From: a virus
IMG/VR virus record: IMGVR_UViG_3300031111_000001
Location: 1-64,000 of that record
Length of the DNA stretch: 64,000 nt
Reading direction: 5' to 3' (one strand)
The translations under genes were made by a program, and so were the position numbers. Positions 1-9,040 of the stretch are shown here, one piece after another (position 1 is the first letter of the stretch; each line of letters begins with the position of its first letter). Below the pieces are notes generated by a model. It was given only the letters and a program-made list of their open reading frames with translations. It was not told the origin of the DNA and made no database searches.

Positions 1-655
1 CAGGCCTGGAACAGGGACACCGTGGCGGGGCAACGCCCGGCCCGGCAACTGTCCCTTGTGCTGAAACGCAAAGGAATCAGCACAGGGGGCATACAGGAAT
101 AGTGAAGGATTGCAGGTGGTTAATATGCACTCGCCACCTATGCGGTATCCATTGGCACGACGTATGCATATGTCCCCGGTCCCCATGGTAGCACGCCAAG
201 GCCTTTGAGTATCACGAAGGTAGCACGCGACACGGAAAAGCAAAAGAATAGCACGGACCCCCCTGTAAAAAACCGAGTAAGTCAGTATGAGGGGTTCCTG
301 CGGATACAATTTTGGACCCCCTCATTTCGGTCAACCCTGGAAAATTTCTGGGCACCCCCATTTTCTCCCGAAGCCATCCAGCAATCATCCGACAACCCTC
401 CCGGTGATCCATCAATGGGTCTTCAGGCTCCCTTATGATCCACTGTTGAGACGTTTCGGAAATCCAAGCGGAAGGAGAGGGTGTGTTTTGGTAGTTGGAT
501 GCCCGTTGGGTCTTGGTTCCCGTTTCGGAAGGAGCAGGATGTACGTGTGATGCGCTTGCGGGCTTTCCGGTGTGTTTTCTTTGCCGCGAGGGGAAATGGT
601 GAAAAACTTTGCGAAGTGAAGTAGATTTTCCTTTCCTTATGTTTGGTGGGGTGAT

Positions 656-976
656 ATGGGTGGAACCATGAAGACCAAAATACCATATCTCACGTTGATC
701 TTGGCTGGGGGCTACACGTTCGCGGCGTACTGGTCGATCACCTATTTGGTGGTCACCAACTACGAGCCGGAATCCATCGTCGAGTTGCTTTTCCGGCCTG
801 CATGGGTGGATACTTTTACGCCCGGATCGATTTCATGGATAGCGGTCGGGCTGGCACTGGTGTGTTTGGTGGTGGGCGTGATCCTTGCCAATGCGCTGGT
901 TCCGAGTGAGCGTCCCAGAGCCCATGCGACAGGTTCAAGCAAACGTCGAGTCTCGGCGCTGATAAACAACCGCTGA
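656..976 (+). CDS. hypothetical membrane protein (2 TM)
   Basis: 106-aa ORF with two hydrophobic stretches. Confidence 0.5.
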   Translation: MGGTMKTKIPYLTLILAGGYTFAAYWSITYLVVTNYEPESIVELLFRPAWVDTFTPGSISWIAVGLALVCLVVGVILANALVPSERPRAHATGSSKRRVSALINNR

Positions 977-1043
977 ACCAGCAGGGTACGGGCCAAGGCC
1001 GGGTGGTGGGTTCTACCGAGGATTCCCACCGCCCGGCCTTGTG

Positions 1044-1256
1044 TTATTGAACTTCCTGAACCTCCAGTTCGTTCAGGTCTTCCTCCCATTCATCGTCCCG
1101 GCGGGTGCCGGTGACCTTCCATTCCAAGTCTCCGAACTTTCCGTCGTCGATCATGGCCTGGACCTTGTCGTTCGCCGCGTCTTCATCCTTGGCGCGGACG
1201 GTGACGAGAGTAGTCAACTCCAGCCTTCGGATCACAGTCGCCTCAAATTCAGCCAT
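1044..1256 (-). CDS. small acidic hypothetical protein
   Basis: MAEFEATVIRR...; GGAGG RBS upstream of ATG at 1256. Confidence 0.65.
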   Translation of the reverse strand: MAEFEATVIRRLELTTLVTVRAKDEDAANDKVQAMIDDGKFGDLEWKVTGTRRDDEWEEDLNELEVQEVQ

Positions 1257-1506
1257 GGTTGGTTCCTCCGGTTTGGGTTTTTGATCGGCTGGACCGTACC
1301 ACACCAGAAAAACCAGTCAAGTGGGGTGGTTGGATGAACGCCACGCGCTGAAACGGCTGTTTTTGTGGCTGGAGGCCCGCTGAACGTAGGGTGAGCTACG
1401 TTCGGCTGCTCAAAGTGACCCATCCCCGCACATTATACGTGCAATACCGCACGTCCCCGCACGCCAGAACTATTTTCGTTGGTTGCGCTTTTTTTTGGAA
1501 AGGGGG

Positions 1507-1542
1507 TTGACATTTTTCTGGTTGCGTAGTAAATCCTACTCA
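1507..1542 (+). promoter_or_regulatory. sigma70-like early promoter
   Basis: TTGACA-N17-TAAATC then CCTACTCA; A/T tract upstream; same downstream octamer at the 5280 promoter. Confidence 0.55.
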
Positions 1543-1570
1543 CCTTCGCAACGAGAAACAAGGAGAACAC

Positions 1571-2101
1571 ATGCTCAAACCCTATGACCTGACCCTGGAC
1601 CAGACCCTGGCCGCTCACCGCGAGATGTGGGCGTGGCTGGCCCAAAACCCCGACAAAAAGAAACACCACTGGCCCGGCTGGCAACGGTTCCGCATGCGGT
1701 ACGGAAACGTGATGGTGCTGGTTGATTGCTTCCTGTGCGCCTATGCCCTGGCGGAAGTGATACGGCTGAACCCCAGCCAGAGCAAAACCTGCTTTTACCT
1801 TGTCGAATCCGGGGGATGCGACAATTACACGTCTTGCGACGACTGCCCCGGTGTTGACACCGGAAATGTGGAAATCATTGACCGCTGCCAGTACTGCCCG
1901 CTGGATATCGGCGAGTGCTGTTCGAATCCCTGTAGCTCCTGCGCCGACTTCAAAACCTGCGACAGCCCGGTAGACTGCGAAAAATACCCGCTGTTCGACC
2001 TCTGGTGCGAATGCGGGAGCCCCACTGTCAAGGTGAAGACCGCTCTGAAGATCGCCCTGGCTCCGCTGTCCGAATACTACAAGGCCAAGGAGGCCGCATA
2101 G
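1571..2101 (+). CDS. Cys-rich hypothetical protein (paralog of 2104-2457)
   Basis: AAGGAG RBS; HREMWAWLA..WPGW, many CxxC motifs. Confidence 0.8.
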   Translation: MLKPYDLTLDQTLAAHREMWAWLAQNPDKKKHHWPGWQRFRMRYGNVMVLVDCFLCAYALAEVIRLNPSQSKTCFYLVESGGCDNYTSCDDCPGVDTGNVEIIDRCQYCPLDIGECCSNPCSSCADFKTCDSPVDCEKYPLFDLWCECGSPTVKVKTALKIALAPLSEYYKAKEAA

Positions 2102-2103
2102 CT

Positions 2104-2457
2104 ATGATTCTGACCAAGGAAAAGACCATCCAGCTTCACCGCGAACTCTGGTCGTGGATGGCGAAAACCGGCTCCCACCGGAAGGACCAGTGGCCCGGCT
2201 GGAAGGAACACGGGATCGATCCCCACGACATAACCATGTGCTGCCCCTGCTGCGAGTATGCCTTGCAGCAAGGTGGTGGTCTGGGCACCGGCTGCAAAAA
2301 GTGCCCGCTGGACCTCAAATGTGTAAAGCGGGGTAGCGCCTACAATCTGTGGACGGGCTCCTTCGACGACGATTTCAACAGCACCCCGGAAACCACGTTG
2401 CTGGCCCAGAAAATCGCTGACATGCCCGAGAGCAAGATCATCAAGGAGGCCGCATGA
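2104..2457 (+). CDS. Cys-rich hypothetical protein (paralog of 1571-2101)
   Basis: MILTKEKTIQLHRELWSWMA..WPGW..CPLD..KEAA; GGAGG RBS. Confidence 0.8.
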   Translation: MILTKEKTIQLHRELWSWMAKTGSHRKDQWPGWKEHGIDPHDITMCCPCCEYALQQGGGLGTGCKKCPLDLKCVKRGSAYNLWTGSFDDDFNSTPETTLLAQKIADMPESKIIKEAA

Positions 2458-2759
2458 CCGCCAGCGAACTGCTTCCCGCCGAGTTCTTCGATAGGGAGTT
2501 CATGTGTGATCTGGTCTATGGGGACCACCCCGACACCGTCACTCTCATTCACAATGAGCAGATTGGCACCAGTCGCTGGAGCGAACAGCGCAGATGCGTT
2601 TTCGAGTGGGAAGGCGATCTCTTCGGCGTGGACTACTCGCAGGGCCTGACGGAGCAGCAAGACGAACGGGCCTTTGAGTTCACGGACCCGAAGCCGTTCT
2701 GCGTTGAGGCGCGTGAGAAAACCATCGTCGAGTACATCAAAATCAAGGGGTCCGAGTAA
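2454..2759 (+). CDS. hypothetical phage protein
   Basis: ATGA overlap with upstream gene; typical codon usage. Confidence 0.75.
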   Translation: MTASELLPAEFFDREFMCDLVYGDHPDTVTLIHNEQIGTSRWSEQRRCVFEWEGDLFGVDYSQGLTEQQDERAFEFTDPKPFCVEAREKTIVEYIKIKGSE

Positions 2760-3415
2760 TGGCCGACCACATCTACGCCACCGACGTGATCACCAAGGAC
2801 AACAAGGACAAGGCGATCCAGTTCCTGCGCTGCCGCAACTCGATCAGCCCCGCGTTGGCGCGGGGAATCGTCGAGGACGCCATGCTCGATCCCAAGTCCA
2901 CCCTGTCCTATGCCATGAAGATCGCGGATCGGTTCACCGGCAGAGGCCGCGAACCCATCACCATGACCACCGAAATCACCGAGAGGAATAAGATCGAGGT
3001 GACCAAGTTCATCCGTAACGAGTGCCAGTGCCATCTGCGGATCGCGTGGTCCGCCGTCAAGGAGGCCATGACCCGCTCGTTTCCCACGGCTGAACTGGCG
3101 GTTCTGATCGCCGAGCGCATGATCATGAAGTCCGAAGATCACAAGGGCGTTTACAAGATGCACCAAGACTTCGGGCGACACGGCGAAATCACCAGTGTGT
3201 TCGTCGCCAAGCGCAGCGAGATAGCCCGGATCAGGAACAAGATCGTGTTCCTTGGCGAGGCTCTGGGGGAGCGCTCCGAGGTCGAAATCTACATTGATGA
3301 CAATACCTTGGAACTGATTTCCGAAGACCCCGCCGTGGTGTGCGTCATCGAGGAACACAAGTTGGTCTGCGGCCCCAGCCCCTTCGACTACTTTGAGGAG
3401 GAGGAAGTCGAATGA
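2759..3415 (+). CDS. hypothetical phage protein
   Basis: 218-aa ORF, translationally coupled. Confidence 0.75.
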   Translation: MADHIYATDVITKDNKDKAIQFLRCRNSISPALARGIVEDAMLDPKSTLSYAMKIADRFTGRGREPITMTTEITERNKIEVTKFIRNECQCHLRIAWSAVKEAMTRSFPTAELAVLIAERMIMKSEDHKGVYKMHQDFGRHGEITSVFVAKRSEIARIRNKIVFLGEALGERSEVEIYIDDNTLELISEDPAVVCVIEEHKLVCGPSPFDYFEEEEVE

Positions 3416-3606
3416 CCATCCTGTGGTTCATCACCATGTGCATCGCTATCGTTTTTTGGTGCAGGTTGGAGAACGCCAAGGACGAGCTTATGGGCCAGTA
3501 CAACCGTGGCGACCGACTGGACAGGAAGAACTACGTCCTTTGGAGCGAGAACAAGGAACTGCGTGAGAAGCTGGGTATGGCGACATACCCAAGGGAACCC
3601 CAATGA
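3412..3606 (+). CDS. small membrane-anchored hypothetical protein
   Basis: N-terminal hydrophobic helix; ATGA overlap. Confidence 0.65.
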   Translation: MTILWFITMCIAIVFWCRLENAKDELMGQYNRGDRLDRKNYVLWSENKELREKLGMATYPREPQ

Positions 3607-3875
3607 GTAAGTGCAAACGCATCGTCATGCATCTGCTGCGCGAAACCGGAGACGGCACTGTCAGAGTCATCAATTTCCTGCTGTATGTCTGGCTGATCTT
3701 TATCATGTGGCCCGTCTGGGTTCATTATGGGGGTCCGTGTGACTTCCACATCCACTGGTACACGATTCCGGGCGTCTTGACACACATTGCCGTCGCTTGG
3801 TGGCTGGACGACTACCTTGATGACAACTGGTACAACATCAAACGCAAAATAGGCTGCTACGACAATGACTACTGA
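3603..3875 (+). CDS. hypothetical membrane protein
   Basis: ATGA overlap; hydrophobic segments. Confidence 0.6.
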   Translation: MSKCKRIVMHLLRETGDGTVRVINFLLYVWLIFIMWPVWVHYGGPCDFHIHWYTIPGVLTHIAVAWWLDDYLDDNWYNIKRKIGCYDNDY

Positions 3876-4056
3876 AGAACGACTCCAGCGCATCGAAGCG
3901 TACTTGGACCTTGGCCCGCCGCCTGACGGCTGGGTGACCATCCAGAAGATCAACGCCATGAGGGAGGTGGGGTTCTCTGTCACGGGTGCCCGCCAGTACC
4001 TGATCAAGAACTGCGGCGAAATGCCGTCCAACATCTGCATCGGAGAAATCCAATGA
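3865..4056 (+). CDS. hypothetical protein
   Basis: coupled ORF in operon. Confidence 0.6.
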   Translation: MTTEERLQRIEAYLDLGPPPDGWVTIQKINAMREVGFSVTGARQYLIKNCGEMPSNICIGEIQ

Positions 4057-4583
4057 GCGAAACCGAAATCAACGTCGGCAAACTGGTCCCGGTGCCCATG
4101 GAAGGCACTATCGAGGAAACCTGCCGGGCCATCCTCCAGCGCGAGTTCCCCGGATGGGAATGGATGGAGTACAGCGATGGCCTGGAAAACCTGAACGAAG
4201 CCGTCAACGATGGCCCGTACTACTTCGCCCACGACGACAAGCTCTACCGCGTCGAAATGGAGATCGAGGACACCACGGGAGGCTACGACATTGATGTCGC
4301 CACCCTGAACCCCGATGGGACCATCAGCTTCGTCCTCCAGTACTACAACGGCGGGTGTAGCTTCGACGAGGCCATGGCTGACGCCATGGGTAAGCTCCGG
4401 GTGCCCGACGAGAAGGATCAGGAATCCCGCGTCTTGCCCATCTGCACGGCTTACGAGCAGGGCTATGGAGACGGCTACCAGGGCAAGCTGCACAAGCAGA
4501 ATCCCTATGCCGTGGGATCGGACTGCGCCTGGGCGTGGGACTACGGCAAGGCCGAAGGCATCGCCAATGGGAACCCCCAATAA
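4053..4583 (+). CDS. hypothetical protein
   Basis: 176-aa ORF, GGAG RBS; C-terminal AYEQGYGDG..NPY..WDYG module common in phage early proteins. Confidence 0.75.
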   Translation: MSETEINVGKLVPVPMEGTIEETCRAILQREFPGWEWMEYSDGLENLNEAVNDGPYYFAHDDKLYRVEMEIEDTTGGYDIDVATLNPDGTISFVLQYYNGGCSFDEAMADAMGKLRVPDEKDQESRVLPICTAYEQGYGDGYQGKLHKQNPYAVGSDCAWAWDYGKAEGIANGNPQ

Positions 4584-4598
4584 CCAAGGAGATATCAA

Positions 4599-4700
4599 GT
4601 GAAAGTCGAACTGAGCATCAAGGACACCGTTATCGGCAAGATCGCCGACATCCCTTTGCATGTGACCATCGGTGATCGCAAGTTCGCGGGGCTTGGCTAA
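4599..4700 (+). CDS. small hypothetical protein (33 aa, not in ORF track)
   Basis: AAGGAG RBS + GTG; stop overlaps next ATG. Confidence 0.5.
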   Translation: MKVELSIKDTVIGKIADIPLHVTIGDRKFAGLG

Positions 4701-4909
4701 TGATCGCTATCATCATGCAATTCATCGGCTGTGCCACCTTAATCGGCGTTGGCGTCTGGATGGCCTATGGCGGGCTCCAGATCACACGGTTTGCCGCACT
4801 CATGACCGGCGAAGCCTGTTGGGAGGGTTTTGTGCTTTTGATCGCAGGTCTTGCTCTGCTTTGCGGCGGATTCTACGGCCTTCCTCTCACCATCACCTTT
4901 GGAGGCTGA
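4700..4909 (+). CDS. small membrane protein (2 TM)
   Basis: hydrophobic 69-aa ORF, TAATG coupling. Confidence 0.65.
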   Translation: MIAIIMQFIGCATLIGVGVWMAYGGLQITRFAALMTGEACWEGFVLLIAGLALLCGGFYGLPLTITFGG

Positions 4910-4911
4910 CC

Positions 4912-5265
4912 GTGACCAAACGCGAGAAGATGATTCAGGCTTTTATCGCGAACCCCATCACCGTCCTTGAGCGGATCGCCGCCGAGGAGATCGTCACCCT
5001 GCGGGAACGCCTCAACGAGCTTCTGGGCGCGAACACGCGGGTGTTGGAGCGGGCAAGGGACGCCGAGCAGCGGGTGAAGCTGCGGGATGCCCAACTCGCC
5101 GGGGTGGAAGTTGCCGCCCACCACCTGATCGACGGCCTCCAGACGGACGGCGGGCACCACAAGCAGTGGGAAATGGACCAAGCCCTCCGCGCCCTGGTCG
5201 GCAAAGCCGGTTACAACTATCTCCAAGAAACCGAAGTGGGATGGGAACCGGGTATTCCCGGCTGA
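4912..5265 (+). CDS. hypothetical coiled-coil protein
   Basis: GGAGG RBS + GTG at 4912; C-terminal DGGHHKQWEMDQALRAL motif. Confidence 0.7.
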   Translation: MTKREKMIQAFIANPITVLERIAAEEIVTLRERLNELLGANTRVLERARDAEQRVKLRDAQLAGVEVAAHHLIDGLQTDGGHHKQWEMDQALRALVGKAGYNYLQETEVGWEPGIPG

Positions 5266-5279
5266 CCGGCAGAAACCCC

Positions 5280-5316
5280 TTGACAAAACGGGTGGTTTAG
5301 GGCAAGCTCCTACTCA
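5280..5316 (+). promoter_or_regulatory. sigma70-like promoter
   Basis: TTGACA-N17-CAAGCT then CCTACTCA (shared with 1507 promoter). Confidence 0.45.
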
Positions 5317-5402
5317 ACACGCCGCATACTCCTTGTTGTGGTTTGTTGCGAAGGAGAGGCACCCATCGGGGGTGCTTCTACTTTGCCCAAAGTGTAGGAG
5401 TT
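5306..5402 (+). ncRNA. candidate small RNA with anti-SD/anti-leader loop
   Basis: CTCCTAC...GTAGGAG closing stem, internal hairpins; 5329-5354 complementary to several phage 5' leaders. Confidence 0.35.
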
Positions 5403-5495
5403 TTCCCTTACCACCGCAATAAAAATTAAAGGCTCCCGAGCCGCGACTGGCAAGGGCTTCCGCTATCCGGCACCTATAAAAATTCAAGAGAAACC

Positions 5496-5957
5496 ATGAG
5501 CGAACAATACGACTCCAGACCTGACACCCAGGCCCACATTCGGCGGGTGATCTACCTGAACTACTGTTTCTGCGGCTTCTTGGCGAAGCAAGTCTGCGAA
5601 CACGACAGGTCCAAGCTGCGCGATCCCGAAAAGGCCATCTTCGACGAGTTCACGCCCAAGCTGAAGCACTCCACCTACGGTTCCGACGAGTACAAGCAGT
5701 TCCTCGCGGACATGCAGATGGGCCTGAAGCACCACTATGCCGAAAACCGGCACCACCCCGAGCATTTCGAGAATGGGATCAGGGACATGACCCTGATCGA
5801 CATCGTGGAAATGCTGCTGGACTGGAAGGCCGCGTCCGAACGCCACGGCGATGGTGACCTGTTCCGGTCCATCGAACTCAACCAGGGCCGCTTCGGCTAC
5901 AGCGACGATCTGAAGATGATCCTCGCCAACACCGCAAGGATACTGAAGGAGCTGTAA
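5496..5957 (+). CDS. DUF5662-like HD-type protein
   Basis: HDRSKL..E, HHYAENRHHPEH, DIVEMLLDW motifs. Confidence 0.75.
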   Translation: MSEQYDSRPDTQAHIRRVIYLNYCFCGFLAKQVCEHDRSKLRDPEKAIFDEFTPKLKHSTYGSDEYKQFLADMQMGLKHHYAENRHHPEHFENGIRDMTLIDIVEMLLDWKAASERHGDGDLFRSIELNQGRFGYSDDLKMILANTARILKEL

Positions 5958-6133
5958 TGGCTGATACCAATTTGGTTTTCCAGCGGGAATACGACTGGGA
6001 AAGCATCATCGATGTCGAGGAAAACATCTTCGACGCCATCAACGACTCTGACGTGGTGCCCGACGACGCTGGCGACGGCGGCTTTCCCGGCACCCTCCGA
6101 GTCACTGTCGAGTACATCGAGGAAGAGGAATGA
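5957..6133 (+). CDS. small acidic hypothetical protein (58 aa)
   Basis: AAGGAG RBS, TAATG coupling. Confidence 0.6.
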   Translation: MADTNLVFQREYDWESIIDVEENIFDAINDSDVVPDDAGDGGFPGTLRVTVEYIEEEE

Positions 6134-6393
6134 TCAAAGAAGGCATGAACATTCAGCCCATGACCCTGGAGCGGGCCAAGGAACTGCTGGAGAGCGAGGG
6201 CACCTTCATGTGCGCGGTGCCTTGCGCCCCCAACTACCCGGCCCACATCACGGACATCGACGAGGAACGGATCACCAAGCTCAAGGTTACCGTCCAGTAC
6301 GCGGACGGCCACATGATCGGGGACAAATACCGCACCCTGCTCAAGAACGTCCGTGAAGAAGTGATCGAAAACATCAACGAGGATATGGAGTAA
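6130..6393 (+). CDS. hypothetical protein
   Basis: ATGA overlap. Confidence 0.65.
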   Translation: MIKEGMNIQPMTLERAKELLESEGTFMCAVPCAPNYPAHITDIDEERITKLKVTVQYADGHMIGDKYRTLLKNVREEVIENINEDME

Positions 6394-6395
6394 TC

Positions 6396-6770
6396 GTGTA
6401 CGACATCGAAAAAGGACTTCCGAACCCCGGCTCCCGAGCCGCAGTGATCCTGGGCTGTACTTGCCCGATTCTCGACAACCACCATGGCGTTGGTTATCAC
6501 GGCATTCGCGGCAAACACTGCATCAATGCCGTGTGCCCACTACATGGCGACAAATGCGAAGACCCAAAGAACTTTACCAAGAAGCTATTATTCATCCAGC
6601 GCAAATCCGATGGCAAGTGGCTTAAGGGCCGCAGTTACTACACCGGCTTTGGCGAGTTCTGCGAAGCACGCCCATTCGTTCGCAAAGGAGATGCCACCAG
6701 CGCGGTCAACAGGCTTCCCAAAAACAAAAGCGAATACACCGTCAGAGAATCCGTCGTTCATTTGTGCTAA
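6396..6770 (+). CDS. hypothetical protein with PNPGSxxAxxxGCTCPxxDNxHG Zn motif
   Basis: recurrent phage motif; GGAG RBS. Confidence 0.7.
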   Translation: MYDIEKGLPNPGSRAAVILGCTCPILDNHHGVGYHGIRGKHCINAVCPLHGDKCEDPKNFTKKLLFIQRKSDGKWLKGRSYYTGFGEFCEARPFVRKGDATSAVNRLPKNKSEYTVRESVVHLC

Positions 6771-6831
6771 AACTCGCTTGACTTCCGTTTCAGCACATGT
6801 TAAGCATGGGTCAACAAACGGGAGACGAGTC

Positions 6832-7506
6832 ATGAAGAAAGTGTTTGGATACATCAGAGTGAGCAGTGAGGGCCAAAAAGATGGGGACGGCCCCAAGCGT
6901 CAACGGGAAGCCATCAGTCGGTACTGTGAAATGCACGGCCTAGAACTGGCTGGCGTGTACGAGGACGCCTTCACAGGAACAGACTCCAACCGACCTTCGT
7001 GGATCAATATGATCCTTGACATCGTCGAAAACGGCCACGAAGTAAAGGCTATCGTGGTGGAGAAGCTGGACCGGCTGGCCCGTGACCTCGTTGTGCAGGA
7101 ACTGCTGATCAAGGACGATCTGAACGCCCACGGCATCGAACTGATCTCCACCATGGAAGGAGAAGACCTTGGGGCCGAGAACCCCACCCGCAAGCTGATC
7201 CGGCAGCTTTTCGGAGCCATCGCCGAGTACGACAAGAACATGATCGTCGAGAAGCTGCGGGTGGCCCGCGAACGCAAGCGGGCCGAATTGGAGCGCAAGG
7301 CCGGGAAGCCGGTCAAGTTCGACGGCAGGAAGAGCTACGCCGAGAGCAATCCCGAGTTGGTGGCTTACGTCAGACGACTCCTACAGGGGAAAAAGCTCTC
7401 CTACGCCCAGATCGCCGAGCGGCTGAACGGAGTTGGGTTCAAGAGCAAGGCCAAGGACGGCCAGTGGACCCGGTTCAGCGTGAGAAACTTGCTTAAGTCC
7501 GTGTAG
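6832..7506 (+). CDS. serine recombinase (resolvase/invertase family) with C-terminal HTH
   Basis: GYIRVSS catalytic motif, FTG..RP, KLDRLARD, GAIAEYDK; GGAG RBS; true start 6832 rather than 6484. Confidence 0.9.
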   Translation: MKKVFGYIRVSSEGQKDGDGPKRQREAISRYCEMHGLELAGVYEDAFTGTDSNRPSWINMILDIVENGHEVKAIVVEKLDRLARDLVVQELLIKDDLNAHGIELISTMEGEDLGAENPTRKLIRQLFGAIAEYDKNMIVEKLRVARERKRAELERKAGKPVKFDGRKSYAESNPELVAYVRRLLQGKKLSYAQIAERLNGVGFKSKAKDGQWTRFSVRNLLKSV

Positions 7507-7511
7507 CTGAC

Positions 7512-7533
7512 GGGCGGCGAAAGCCGCCTTTTG
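7512..7533 (+). terminator. intrinsic terminator
   Basis: GGCGGC-GAAA-GCCGCC-TTTTG. Confidence 0.75.
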
Positions 7534-7601
7534 TCTGGAAACAGTGTAGTTTAAACCTCTTACCTTCGCAACCAAACGCAATGTCAACGACAAGGAGCAT
7601 T

Positions 7602-8147
7602 ATGTACCCCGCAGGACACGAAAAACTCAAGGGACGCCTGGAAGACCGCTACTTCGAGGTCAAAGCCCTGCTGGCGCAGGAACATTCCATCCCCGAGATC
7701 GCGGATATTCTGGATGTCAACCGAGCCTCCGTCTACGAGTTCGTCAAACGCCACGATTACGGCGAGTTCGTTCAGCCCGGCAGGCGTAAGGCCGAATGGC
7801 GTGCCCACTGCGAGGCCATCCGAGCCAAGCAGCCCGGAGGCAAAGCCTGGGCTGACGCTGCCCGAAGCAAGATCGAAGCCTACGCCTCCGCTGTCTTCGG
7901 CGAAATGCGGGCACAGGGCTTCAAGGTGGAGCGCGACGACGTGGTGTCCGAGGTCAATCTGAGCTTCACCAAGGCCATGAAGGGGTTCGATCCCGAGCAG
8001 GAGGCGTCCTTCTACACCTACTTCTACACCACCCTGCTGAACGACATCATCGACTTCAAAAAACGGCTGGCCCGCGCCCTGAAAAAACAGGGCTACGAGG
8101 ACGTGGGCAAGAAACATGAGGACCAACAGCACGCCGAAGCCGCGTAG
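7602..8147 (+). CDS. sigma-factor-like regulator (N-terminal HTH + C-terminal sigma70 region-2-like domain)
   Basis: SIPEIADILDVNRASVY HTH; DDVVSEVNLSFTKAMKGFDPEQEASFYTY region 2 pattern; AAGGAG RBS. Confidence 0.7.
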   Translation: MYPAGHEKLKGRLEDRYFEVKALLAQEHSIPEIADILDVNRASVYEFVKRHDYGEFVQPGRRKAEWRAHCEAIRAKQPGGKAWADAARSKIEAYASAVFGEMRAQGFKVERDDVVSEVNLSFTKAMKGFDPEQEASFYTYFYTTLLNDIIDFKKRLARALKKQGYEDVGKKHEDQQHAEAA

Positions 8148-8160
8148 TTCCCGCCTTCCG

Positions 8161-8203
8161 AAAACCACCCCAGATGCCGTAAGGGATTTTGGGGTGGTTT
8201 TTT
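8161..8203 (+). terminator. intrinsic terminator (possibly bidirectional)
   Basis: AAAACCACCCCA...TGGGGTGGTTTTTT. Confidence 0.7.
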
Positions 8204-8512
8204 AGTTGTCGCCTACGAACTCCCTATAATGAAAAAAAAATTCGCCCCGCTTCCGCTGCCTACCCCTAGACATTCAGAAAATAGACAAAACGTAAATGTC
8301 GAACTCTTGTCGAAATGTCGTATAATATATTCACCAAAGGGGTAGTAGTTTTATTTTATATTACTCCAATCAACAAGAGAAATTGATGGTATAGCAACAA
8401 CTTTGTCATTTCCCTTTATGGGATAAAAGAAAAATCATCAAGTCGCTTTTGGTTCAGGAAACCGGAAGCGATTTTCTCTTTCTAAAGTTCAGGCAACTAT
8501 GGAGAGAACGCG

Positions 8513-9040
8513 ATGTCGGTTCACGGAAGGATCAATTGGGACAAGGTCCGCACGGAATACATCACCGGAGTGGACAACAAAGGCCGCAAGCACAGTTTGC
8601 GAAGCCTTGCAAAGCAATTCGGCATTTCAATTGCCGGTGTCGAGCAGCGCAGCAAGAAAGAAGGGTGGGTCAAGCTCCGCGAGGACTACTTGGACCGTAT
8701 CCAGCGCACCATCGAAAAGCGCAAGGAAGACTTGCTGATTAACCAAGCGTTGCGGTTCGACGAAGAAATTTTCAAAGCCACCCTGGCGATCCTGTCGATC
8801 CTGAACAGCCGACTGATCGTGATCAAAGTGGACGGCACAGCGGAGCCGAACCACAAGCTCCCCACAATGGAAATCCAACGCATCGCGAACATCCTCCAGA
8901 TGATCCAGCCGGTGCGCGAGAAGGCCATCGGCGATGCCGGTGGAGCCGACGAGTCCAGCCTGACTGATCTGAACCGCATGCTGGAGGACGCCCAGAACGA
9001 GTTCGACGGCGAAAACCCGGCGGGTGAGTTTGACGGATGA
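8513..9040 (+). CDS. terS: terminase small subunit
   Basis: NWDKVRTEYITG..SLRSLAKQFGIS..RSKKEGW HTH; directly upstream of TerL. Confidence 0.85.
   Translation: MSVHGRINWDKVRTEYITGVDNKGRKHSLRSLAKQFGISIAGVEQRSKKEGWVKLREDYLDRIQRTIEKRKEDLLINQALRFDEEIFKATLAILSILNSRLIVIKVDGTAEPNHKLPTMEIQRIANILQMIQPVREKAIGDAGGADESSLTDLNRMLEDAQNEFDGENPAGEFDG

Noticed and set aside
6484-6831. N-terminal extensions in the ORF track (6484 recombinase, 15524 portal, 42494 HD protein, 43609 ThyX, 61441 ligase)
   Set aside because: They overlap other genes or tRNAs; downstream starts with RBS coincide with the domain starts.
6832-7506. IS607/Tn3-type transposon
   Set aside because: No N-terminal HTH, no TnpB/TnpA partner, and no terminal repeats.
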